DNA of 32,000 nucleotides from Bryobacteraceae bacterium. Lineage in GTDB: Bacteria > Acidobacteriota > Terriglobia > Bryobacterales > Bryobacteraceae. Under the pieces are notes generated by a model that was given only the letters and a program-made list of their open reading frames with translations, searched no databases and had not been told where the DNA came from. Shown piece by piece: positions 9,291 through 16,625 of this stretch (its first letter is position 1; each line of letters starts with the position of its first letter). The position numbers and the translations under genes are program-made. The DNA is taken from positions 1-32,000 of the forward strand of contig DASQZT010000132.1 in NCBI GenBank assembly GCA_035638575.1, written 5' to 3'.

Positions 9291-9530
9291 GTGACCCGGC
9301 GATTCACAGGCAAGCAGGGCCAGTATCTGGCCTTCATCCATTACTACACGAAATTGCACCGGTGCCCGCCGGCGGAGATGGACATGCAGAGGTACTTCCG
9401 CGTGAGCCCGCCTTCCGTTCACGACATGGTGATGCGGTTGGAGGCCAATGGCCTCATCGAGCGCACACCGTGGGAGAGCCGGTCGATCCGGCTGCTGGTC
9501 CCGAGCGAGGATCTGCCCGATCTGGAGTAG
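9291..9530 (+). CDS. Small winged-helix DNA-binding protein resembling the LexA N-terminal domain, with no peptidase domain
   Basis: GKQGQYLAFIHYYTKLHRCPPAEMDMQRYFRVSPPSVHDMVMRLEANGLIERTPWESRSIRLLV follows the LexA_DNA_bind/MarR-like wHTH pattern. GTG start 10 nt after the ssb stop. 79 aa only. Confidence 0.6.
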   Translation: MTRRFTGKQGQYLAFIHYYTKLHRCPPAEMDMQRYFRVSPPSVHDMVMRLEANGLIERTPWESRSIRLLVPSEDLPDLE

Positions 9531-9570
9531 CTGCCCGGCCACTGCGGAAAGGAGAAACTGGACCACTAGA

Positions 9571-9592
9571 GGGGCCGGCAGGATCCGGCCCC
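9571..9592. terminator. Palindromic GC hairpin between convergent genes (GGGGCCGG-CAGGAT-CCGGCCCC)
   Basis: Perfect 8-bp stem located between the wHTH stop (9530) and the cytochrome c stop (9640). Weak T-runs on either side. Confidence 0.35.
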
Positions 9593-9639
9593 GAGCGGCT
9601 GTCCACGCACGCGCCAGTCAGCGATCAGACCAGCGGGTC

Positions 9640-10491
9640 TTAACGCCGCCACCTGCGCAACGGTTTCCCGATCGTTAGTTCAGCCCCAGGCGTAGCTGGT
9701 GTCCCGCAGTCGTTGCGCAGCTCGTTGGGGTCGCCTGCCGGCCCCGGACTAACACTGTTGTCGATGCAGGGAATGGCGCTCAGATACGTGTAGATGGCTT
9801 GGATGTCGTAGTCGGTCAGGTTCGAAAAGGTTGGCCACGGCATGACTTGGAGAAGATCGCCGTTGGTATTATTGTCGGGTGAAGTGGGAATGCAGATCGG
9901 GGGCGGCGTGGTGCCTGCTGCAATTGTTGCCAGTTGATCTGCTGTACAGATTGGATGGACGTGATCGAAATCCGTGCCAGTTTTCAGGATCTGCATAAAC
10001 TGTGCAAGGGTCATCCCCCCTTCCGGCAGCCCAGTCTTGTCGGGTGTCAAATTTCTTGCGATCATGTCTGGTCCTCCGTACATGGAAGGCCCGGTTGGAG
10101 TCCCGACTGGACCGAAGTCCTGGCCCCCACTCAGGTAGACCGTCGGATCGACCTTCGCCGGCACGGGAAGCGGCCTTCCAAGAAAAAGATGCGTCGACGC
10201 AAAGTATGGGTTTCCGCCAGTGGCGTAATTGAAGTTTGGCGGCCCGCCACCGGTGTGGCAACCATTGCAGTCGCCTATCGCGTTGACCAGATAGCTGCCC
10301 AGTCCCACCAACTGCTGATCTTTTCCGGCCAGATTCAGCGGGACGGGCGCTATCGCGAGACCTATCTGGCTGAGCATCGCCTCGGTGTCCTGCGCTTGTA
10401 CGCGCGGGGAGCGGATCGATAGGCCCGCGATCAAGATTCCGAAACATACAGCACCTGCCGCTGCCCGTGATGCAAATTGTCTAGTCGTCAC
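9640..10491 (-). CDS. Secreted monoheme c-type cytochrome
   Basis: Single CNGCH heme site and the class-I-like C-terminal segment LLQVMPWPTFSNLTDYDIQAIYTYLSAIP. Signal peptide AGAVCFGILIAGLSIRSPRVQA. GTG at 10489-10491 is preceded by AAGGAGGAGGG. Confidence 0.8.
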   Translation of the reverse strand: MTTRQFASRAAAGAVCFGILIAGLSIRSPRVQAQDTEAMLSQIGLAIAPVPLNLAGKDQQLVGLGSYLVNAIGDCNGCHTGGGPPNFNYATGGNPYFASTHLFLGRPLPVPAKVDPTVYLSGGQDFGPVGTPTGPSMYGGPDMIARNLTPDKTGLPEGGMTLAQFMQILKTGTDFDHVHPICTADQLATIAAGTTPPPICIPTSPDNNTNGDLLQVMPWPTFSNLTDYDIQAIYTYLSAIPCIDNSVSPGPAGDPNELRNDCGTPATPGAELTIGKPLRRWRR

Positions 10492-10888
10492 TACCCTCCT
10501 CCTTTGTGGCGCGGAAATCCCGGGCCAATGGACGAAGAGTGTACCACACGCGCAAACACTCTTCAATCGGCGCCACGTTGGGAACGTTGGGATGATGAGC
10601 TGATTTGGCCAGAAGGACTCAATCGACAATCGCCTGGTCCACCGCGTTGGAAACTCTGTGCGCAACCGTCTCTCCTCGACAAAGTTTACCTCAGCGTCGC
10701 AGCCCGTCCCCGTTTTGGGACTCAGCCCTCGCCAGCAGTTAATTCTTCAGTGGGGCAAGATGGCCTGAAAGCCCGACCTGGGTTGGTATCCAGGGCAGGC
10801 CTTCGGTCATTTTCGGGGCCGCCGTCCCGGGCCGTTCGCAAGGCCGCGGTCCGGCGCCCCAGCCTCCGGCGCCCCACCGAAGCCGCTG

Positions 10889-11242
10889 GTGGCGAATGCC
10901 GCTCCCGTGCGCTCGTGCGAGAGCCTGACCTCTGTTTCGCTCCCTGACACCACCATCGATTCCGCCGCCGTCGCTCCAGCCGGCGGACCCTCCCGCATCA
11001 CCGCTACGGTTACGCATCCGCCTTCCGGCGATCGGGTCAAAATATTCATCGGACTTCCGATGCGTGGCTGGAACGGAAGATTCCAGGGAACCGGCGGCGG
11101 CGGCTTTTCGGGAGGCAGCGCGGCCGGCGTGCTCTCGCCGGCAGCTTCCGGCTATGCCGCCGGCGCAACCGACACCGGCCACGAAGGCGGCAGCGGCAGT
11201 TTTGCGCTCGACGCCAACGGGCGGCTCAACTGGCAGGCGTGA
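10889..11242 (+). pseudogene. N-terminal fragment of a tannase/feruloyl-esterase-family hydrolase
   Basis: SCESLTSVSLPDTTIDSAAV...ITATVTHPPSGDRVKIFIGLPMRGWNGRFQGTGGGGFSGG...GYAAGATDTGHEGG matches the family N-terminal pattern as recalled (C..L...lp.t.i.sA ... LP..WNGRf.g.GgGG ... tDtGH). It stops after ~117 codons, whereas family members are several hundred aa. No signal peptide in the upstream frame. Confidence 0.55.
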
Positions 11243-11357
11243 TGGTGGTCCAGTCCCACTGCGGGTCCTCGGTCAGAAAGAAACGGAACCAGTCGAGCGT
11301 GATCCCCATGGGCCTTCCGGCAAGCGGAGCCGGCTCCAGGTCGAGCGCGATATCGGC

Positions 11358-11633
11358 GTGCCGCATTTCGAGGTGGATGTTCACATCTTCGAGCCCGGCA
11401 CGGACCGCTATCGCGGCCGCCTGTGCATCTTCGGCGAATGCCCGAAGCCCGGCAAGGACGACTGTTACGTGCCCGGTTGCGGCGCTCAGCTCTTCCTGCG
11501 GCAGTTCGACGGCTACAAGTTCGACCGGCTCGAGTTCTGGGAAGCGAAGAAGGAGATCCTCTTCGAGCGTCCCGGCGCCCCGCCGGAGGACGAGTCGGCC
11601 GGCGGCATCACCGGCGAGGACTTGCCGTTTTAA
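11358..11633 (+). CDS. Orphan ORF (or gene remnant) ending in an SSB-like acidic tip
   Basis: Third-position G/C bias is strong in this frame from about 11313 to the stop. The wobble-sharing antisense frame is S/P/R-rich with several stops. No ATG, so GTG at 11358 or 11373 is possible, and there is no clear RBS. The C-terminus APPEDESAGGITGEDLPF parallels the ssb tail APPDDFNQGITDDDVPF. Confidence 0.3.
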   Translation: MPHFEVDVHIFEPGTDRYRGRLCIFGECPKPGKDDCYVPGCGAQLFLRQFDGYKFDRLEFWEAKKEILFERPGAPPEDESAGGITGEDLPF

Positions 11634-12058
11634 AAAGATCCGCCCGGACTTCCACTTGGTTCAGGATTGTCCCGTATCCTGCGCATCAGGAAAACCCAAA
11701 GGGCCAGCAGAACGAGGAACGGCGACGCGTTGATGAGTATGTTGAGGGCCGCGGGGTTTTCTTGAATCTCGACGTTGACGAGCTTGGCCTGCAAAGCCGC
11801 AAGCACGTCCCGGTAGTCCCGCGGCAGTACGGTGCGCACTGTTCGGCCGCCCTTCAGCACGGCCATCGCCCGGTTCGCGCCCGAGCCGCCTGCGGTGATG
11901 GTCACGCCGGCCACCTGTCCGTCCTCCACCTGTCGGAGAAATTGGGAATAGCTCACCTTCGCTGCGCTGGACCCGGTGGTCCGAACCGTCGCAAGCAGAG
12001 CAAGGGCCACCAGGATCGGCACCATCCAAAAAACGAGAGTCTTCCTGTTCGAATCCAT
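11630..12058 (-). CDS. FtsH N-terminal module only (TM1, periplasmic FtsH_ext domain, TM2), lacking AAA and M41 domains
   Basis: MDSNRKTLVFWMVPILVALALL...KVSYSQFLRQVEDGQVAGVTI...NILINASPFLVLLALWVFLMRR aligns by eye with the first ~140 aa of FtsH. It stops at ...GGSF, where FtsH proteins read SFGKS. Confidence 0.65.
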   Translation of the reverse strand: MDSNRKTLVFWMVPILVALALLATVRTTGSSAAKVSYSQFLRQVEDGQVAGVTITAGGSGANRAMAVLKGGRTVRTVLPRDYRDVLAALQAKLVNVEIQENPAALNILINASPFLVLLALWVFLMRRIRDNPEPSGSPGGSF

Positions 12059-12072
12059 ATCCACGCTCCCGG

Positions 12073-12756
12073 CTACACCCGCCTGAACAGCAGATAAACC
12101 GCCGCCAGCAGCAGAACCGCCCCGGCCCCTTTCACCATGCGTGCCACGCCCGGCGTGATCCGCATCGGCTCTCCCGTCTGCCTCACCCAAAACGCGGGTC
12201 CGGCGGCTCCCACCGGCCGGTCTTGAAGTGGCGGAAACAACACCCGCACCAGCGTCAGCAGAAGCAAGCTGATCCCCGCGCCGCGAAACGTTACCCAGAG
12301 TGGCAGCGCCAGGTCCCGGCTCCCCAACTGAAGTATCGCCTGCGACAAACACGCCGTCCCGAGGGCGAACGCGGTCTCCACGGCGCCGGCCAGCGGCCCC
12401 CGCTTGCCCGGCTTCGCGTAAGCATCGTAAAGCTTGAGTGCCAGGAGCGCCACCGCCGCCGGGATCGCCAGCCGCGTCAGGCCCCACGAGCCGCTCACCA
12501 ATGCCCGATCCCGGTATTCCGCGGCGCCCGTGAAAGACAAGTACAGGACGAACGCCTCCATCAGCGTCACCTGCGGGTCGAGTGTGCGCCGCACTCTGCT
12601 CACGATCACCAGCGGCACCACTCCCAGCGCTTCGGCGAGATACCGCACGGTGCCCGCCGATCGCTCGTGGAGGTCGCCCAGCACCTCCTCGCGGCAGGCC
12701 GGCGGCAACAGAAACCCTACAACCGCTTCGGCAATCCTATGCGGAGGCGCGCCCAT
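12073..12756 (-). CDS. Polytopic membrane protein translationally coupled to PadR
   Basis: N-terminal cytoplasmic helix RIAEAVVGFLLPPACREEVLGDLHERS followed by about 5-6 hydrophobic helices. Its ATG shares one nt with the padR stop (TGATG). Confidence 0.65.
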   Translation of the reverse strand: MGAPPHRIAEAVVGFLLPPACREEVLGDLHERSAGTVRYLAEALGVVPLVIVSRVRRTLDPQVTLMEAFVLYLSFTGAAEYRDRALVSGSWGLTRLAIPAAVALLALKLYDAYAKPGKRGPLAGAVETAFALGTACLSQAILQLGSRDLALPLWVTFRGAGISLLLLTLVRVLFPPLQDRPVGAAGPAFWVRQTGEPMRITPGVARMVKGAGAVLLLAAVYLLFRRV

Positions 12757-13133
12757 CAGCCCGCCTCCTTACCCCACCGCTTCCCCCATTCCTTGGCCCA
12801 CTCCTTGCCCCACACCTGCGCGATCCCGTCGAAGATCCGTTTGGCCGTCACGGCCGACTCCTGCAACGCCTGCTCCCCCAGCGCCTCCAGCCGGTAACAG
12901 CGCTTGGCGCGGCCGCCCCGCTCCGGCGTCGGATCCGAAAGCTGCGACACCAGGAGGCCTTTGTCCTCCAGCCGGTCCAGCGTGACATACACCGCCCCCA
13001 GCGAGATGTCCTTGGGCCGGGCCAGTTCCTGAACTTTGCCGTGAATGGTGACCCCGTAGGCGTCGTCGCGAAGCAGCAGAACCGCCGTCAGGACCAACTG
13101 CTCGAATTGGCCGAGAGAATCTGTACGGGGCAT
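12756..13133 (-). CDS. PadR-family transcriptional regulator
   Basis: FEQLVLTAVLLLRDDAYGVTIHGKVQELARPKDISLGAVYVTLDRLEDKGLLVSQL...GGRAKRCYRLEALGEQAL is a PadR wHTH of the type recalled from Acidobacteria. Confidence 0.9.
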   Translation of the reverse strand: MPRTDSLGQFEQLVLTAVLLLRDDAYGVTIHGKVQELARPKDISLGAVYVTLDRLEDKGLLVSQLSDPTPERGGRAKRCYRLEALGEQALQESAVTAKRIFDGIAQVWGKEWAKEWGKRWGKEAG

Positions 13134-13227
13134 TTCTCAAACATTGTATGACAAATCGGCGTGCGCGTCAAGCCGGAAATTTCAGCGTCGAAAATTCTGA
13201 CTCGTGGCTCCTGACTCCTGACTTCGG

Positions 13228-13437
13228 TCAAGGGCGTGGCTTAACCGGGCGGGGCAGATTCGGGGGCGCCTTTGCCTTCTCCTGCGCCTCGCCGCGAATC
13301 GCGGCCCTGGCATCCGCCAGCAGGGTCGGTGGCCTGCCGCGGCGGTTTTTCCTCTGGAGACGTTCGAGGCTTAGAATTGCGGCATCCAGATGCTGCAATT
13401 CCTCGTGAAGTTGCTGGAGCACTTTTGCCAGGTCCAT
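13228..13437 (-). CDS. Small hypothetical protein (coiled-coil N-terminus, basic Pro-rich tail)
   Basis: AGGAGA lies 8 nt upstream of the ATG. Moderate G/C third-position bias. MDLAKVLQQLHEELQHLDAAILSLERLQRKNRRGRPP. Confidence 0.45.
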   Translation of the reverse strand: MDLAKVLQQLHEELQHLDAAILSLERLQRKNRRGRPPTLLADARAAIRGEAQEKAKAPPNLPRPVKPRP

Positions 13438-13570
13438 CGATAAGTTCTCCTGAGGATAGACGTTTTCTTCCTCTCGAGCAAACCGGAGTATGCTGATTGT
13501 GCGATCGGAGAAAAGTAAAGGAATGAAGGGACAATCCGTACCCCGCCTCGGAAAAGAATCTTCTCCGATA

Positions 13571-14035
13571 TCACACCGGACGCTGGAGGATTGCGTCTTG
13601 CGTCAACTCCGACGGGTCGGTGAAAGTCTGTAAGGAATCCAGCGATTCCAGGACGCGCTCGAGCAGGCTGTCGGTCTGCGAGACGGTGGTTTTCAAGACC
13701 TCGATGGAGTGGGCCTGGGTGGTAAGCCGCTCGTCCAGCGAGGCCATGGTCTTCGAGAGCAACTGCTCCATGGCTGCGACGATCTGCGCGGTCGAAGGAA
13801 CCTCCGCCAGCTTCGCGGAGTGTTCGTCCAAGCGCGCCTCGATCTGTGTGAACCGGTTGGTGTTAGTCGATTCCTGCTCGGCCAGCCGGCCCTCCAGGCC
13901 GGCCAGCTCCTTCTTCAGTTCCCTGGCAGCCGACGCATCGGCTCCACCCTCTTTGCGGGAGAGCGCCAAGGCGCCTAACGCAGCGCCCGCCAGGAAGATG
14001 GCCGCTCTCGGTACAAACGCGATCGCTTTATTCAT
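13571..14035 (-). CDS. Membrane-anchored coiled-coil protein of unknown function
   Basis: The ATG at 14033-14035 gives MNKAIAFVPRAAIFLAGAALGALALS (TM anchor), then heptad-rich sequence (ELKKELAGLEGRLAEQESTNTNRFTQIEARLDEHSAKLAE...). The longer ORF extension was rejected as low-complexity and overlapping the AT-rich intergenic region. Confidence 0.6.
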   Translation of the reverse strand: MNKAIAFVPRAAIFLAGAALGALALSRKEGGADASAARELKKELAGLEGRLAEQESTNTNRFTQIEARLDEHSAKLAEVPSTAQIVAAMEQLLSKTMASLDERLTTQAHSIEVLKTTVSQTDSLLERVLESLDSLQTFTDPSELTQDAILQRPV

Positions 14036-14061
14036 CCGTGATCCGTTTATAATACGTAACC

Positions 14062-14168
14062 GCAAGTCTATGCAAGTACTACATTTAGTAACTAAGGTAC
14101 TAGGCAAGTACCGCGCACCTCTCAAGGCAGACTCGCAGCCACTGGACGTAAACGTACTAAGTACTTGC
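14062..14168. promoter_or_regulatory. Repeated GCAAGTAC motifs in the divergent intergenic region (candidate response-regulator operator)
   Basis: GCAAGTAC at 14072-14079 and 14104-14111, inverted copy GTACTTGC at 14161-14168, and half-site GCAAGT at 14062-14067. An 8-bp palindrome AAGTACTT sits at 14159-14166. The local sequence is AT-rich, unlike the flanks. Confidence 0.4.
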
Positions 14169-14240
14169 CGGAATTGCCGAATAGGTGTCTTTACTGGCAT
14201 TCTGAATCCGAAAGACCCAACGGACTTAGGAGAGATCCGG

Positions 14241-15332
14241 TTGAACCACGGCTCTAACTCGGAGGCTGATGCCGGCGGCGCGGGCGATGATCCGCTCCTG
14301 ATGGAGTGCGGCCGGAAGGGGCAGGTCCTCTTCATGACCGAAGCGGCGCGCGCCGCATTCGGACCCGCGGACAACCTCGCCGACGCCATGCGCTCGGTCG
14401 CGCCCTCCGGAACCGCCGCTCTCCTGAAACGCACTTCCACCGCGCGCTTCTCCCCGGTCCTTCAGGAGGGCGACAGCCTGTGGATCACCGCCGAGCTTGC
14501 CGGGCAGGCCGAAGTCACCGCCCGTGGGGAGGCCGCCGCCCTTCTCGACGTGCAGTGGGATTTCCTCCGCAATTACTTCCGCCTGCAAAATGTCGAGCGC
14601 GCGCTCTCTACCCGCACACTCCGTCTGCGCCAGGCAACCGGCGCGCAAACGCTCTTCCAAATCGAGCGCGAGCGCGAGCGCCTCGGCCGCGAAATGCACA
14701 CCGGCCTGGGCCAGACCCTTGCCGCGATCCGCCTGCAGCTCGAAATCATTGCCAGGCAATCCTCCGACCCGCCCTCCCAGGTCCAGCAGGCCTTGTCGCA
14801 CATCTCCATGCTCGCCACCGAGGCGCTGGATTACGTCCGCTCCATTTCCAAACGGCTGCTTCCGCCCGAGTGGCAACGGCTGTCGCTTGAAACCGCACTC
14901 GCCCAACTGTTTGAGATCAGCGGCGTTCCCCAGGGTTTCGAGGTCAACCTGCAACTCGAACCGCTGCCTCACGACCCCGCCCTCGAAGTCAAGGTGCTGC
15001 TGTACCGCGCCGCCCAGGAAGCCCTCTCCAACCTGGTGCGCCACGCCCGTGCCCGGCGCGTCGAGATGACGCTTCGGCACGATAGCGGCGTGCTGGTCCT
15101 GACCGTCCGGGATGACGGCGTCGGATTCGACGCCGAGCGCCTGTTCTCGGCCCCGGCGGGCGTTGCGTCCGGAATCGGGCTCCGCTCCATTCGCGAGCAG
15201 GCCGCTTCGCTCGGCGGCCAATTGCGTATACAAAGCGGCCCCAATGGAACTACACTGGAGGTCTCCGCGCCATTCACAGCAGGACAGGTGGACAGCGTGC
15301 CTCGGCCTGTCCCGCCAAAGAGGAATCGATGA
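14241..15332 (+). CDS. Cytoplasmic sensor histidine kinase (PAS-like N-terminus, HisKA_3, HATPase_c)
   Basis: H-box ERERLGREMHTGLGQTLAAIRLQLE, N-box AAQEALSNLVRHA, G-boxes VRDDGVGFD and GIGLRSIREQAASLGG. No TM helix. TTG at 14241 has AGGAGAG 6 nt upstream, with ATG 14301 as the alternative. The stop overlaps the regulator start (ATGA). Confidence 0.85.
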   Translation: MNHGSNSEADAGGAGDDPLLMECGRKGQVLFMTEAARAAFGPADNLADAMRSVAPSGTAALLKRTSTARFSPVLQEGDSLWITAELAGQAEVTARGEAAALLDVQWDFLRNYFRLQNVERALSTRTLRLRQATGAQTLFQIERERERLGREMHTGLGQTLAAIRLQLEIIARQSSDPPSQVQQALSHISMLATEALDYVRSISKRLLPPEWQRLSLETALAQLFEISGVPQGFEVNLQLEPLPHDPALEVKVLLYRAAQEALSNLVRHARARRVEMTLRHDSGVLVLTVRDDGVGFDAERLFSAPAGVASGIGLRSIREQAASLGGQLRIQSGPNGTTLEVSAPFTAGQVDSVPRPVPPKRNR

Positions 15333-16024
15333 AACCAGCAGACGAGATCACGTTGGTACTCGCCGACGACCACGCTATCGTGCGCGAAGGCATTGCCGCG
15401 TTGTGCACCGCCAATGGGCTGCACATTGTCGGGCAATGCGCTGACGGTCCCTCGGCGTTGGACATGATCACCAGGCTTAAACCCGATTTCGCCATCCTCG
15501 ACCTGCACATGCCCGGAATGACCGGCGTCGAGACCATCCGCCGCCTGCGCTCCTCCGGTTGCGCCACCAAGTTGATGGTCCTCTCCGTCAGCCGCGAAGA
15601 AGCCACCGTGCGCGAAGCTTTACTCTCCGGCGCCGACGCCTACCTGCTCAAGGACGGACCCTCGCGTCACATGCTGGATGCCATCAGCTATGTCCGGGAA
15701 GGCGGCGTCTGGGTCTCCCCCCTGCTCGGCGGCGCCGGCCTCTACGCCAAGGGCGGGGCGGCCCGGGCCGAAGACCCGCTGGCCGGTCTCAGCCCCCGCG
15801 AACTCGAGGTCTTTCAGTTCCTGGTGGACGGATTGCGCGCCAAGGACATCGCCGACCGGCTCGAAATCAGCCCCAAGACCGTGGACACCTATCGCGCCAG
15901 TCTTATGCGCAAACTAAACGTGCCCGACCTGGTCAGCCTGGTCAAGTTCGCAATCGAGCGCAATCTTACGAGCACTTCGCCCCAGAGGTCCAAGGAAAAC
16001 GCGAGGCCGGTCGCCTGGGAGTGA
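15329..16024 (+). CDS. NarL/FixJ-family response regulator (REC plus LuxR-type HTH)
   Basis: LVLADDHAIVREG...DFAILDLHMPGMTG...KLMVLSV form the receiver domain. LSPRELEVFQFLVDGLRAKDIADRLEISPKTVDTYRASLMRKL is the LuxR HTH. Confidence 0.92.
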   Translation: MKPADEITLVLADDHAIVREGIAALCTANGLHIVGQCADGPSALDMITRLKPDFAILDLHMPGMTGVETIRRLRSSGCATKLMVLSVSREEATVREALLSGADAYLLKDGPSRHMLDAISYVREGGVWVSPLLGGAGLYAKGGAARAEDPLAGLSPRELEVFQFLVDGLRAKDIADRLEISPKTVDTYRASLMRKLNVPDLVSLVKFAIERNLTSTSPQRSKENARPVAWE

Positions 16025-16166
16025 CCCTTTGGTACTTTTCGAACCAATGGATGAGATCTTCCAGAGCGTCCCTTTCCGCGTACAGGTGTTCTAACAATTC
16101 CAGACGGACTTCTTGGTCCACGTGGTGCTGAATCCACTCGTCCCGAGAGGGGTAAATAGTCGGCAT
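15966..16166 (-). CDS. Possible small hypothetical protein (66 aa)
   Basis: AGGA lies 5 nt upstream of the ATG, and the helical-looking core is DEWIQHHVDQEVRLELLEHLYAERDALEDLIHWFEKYQ. However, its last ~59 nt overlap the regulator gene on the opposite strand, and no family was recognised. Confidence 0.25.
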   Translation of the reverse strand: MPTIYPSRDEWIQHHVDQEVRLELLEHLYAERDALEDLIHWFEKYQRVTPRRPASRFPWTSGAKCS

Positions 16167-16625
16167 TCAGATCCTGACATCCGGAGCGGTATCCGACGAC
16201 AATACCAGGATAGATTGATCTCGCTGGTCAAAGCAAGGGATCTTTCGTACTATATATCGCCGCCCTGGCTCTCAGTTCAGGACCAGAGCGGCATTCCGCG
16301 GCGCTTCGAAATCGAGCCCCTGCCCACGAGCCCCGGTGCCCGGCGGCCGGTTCCAGGACGCGTCATGGGGCGGTCGACATATTTCAGGTTACGCTTGTGC
16401 GCGACCTGCATCCGTGCGCTTTTCATGGATTAACTGCTGGCGACTCACTCATCGGGGGATAGGTGACAGATCATGAGCAAAGATTCTCTGCAGGAACGTG
16501 AGCAATATCCGATAACAAGATCTGAATATACCTGAGTTTTTATGAAGGCAAGCCACTTTCGCCGAGTAATGACGTCTTCCGTCTCAGGATATTGCTTAAG
16601 CAGTCGTGGTACTTATAATACGGAA

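Noticed and set aside
11517-11629. Continuation of the truncated FtsH frame past its TAA (NGKSSPVMPPADSSSGG...) as a hidden AAA domain
   Set aside because: Beyond G-K-S there is no FtsH similarity. The frame is S/P/R-rich with stops at about 11517 and 11490, and it shares wobble positions with the better plus-strand frame.
13160-13227. CTGACT / CTCCTGA short tandem repeats upstream of padR as an operator
   Set aside because: Only 6-7-nt units repeat two or three times, and there is no palindromic symmetry typical of PadR sites. That is too little to call.
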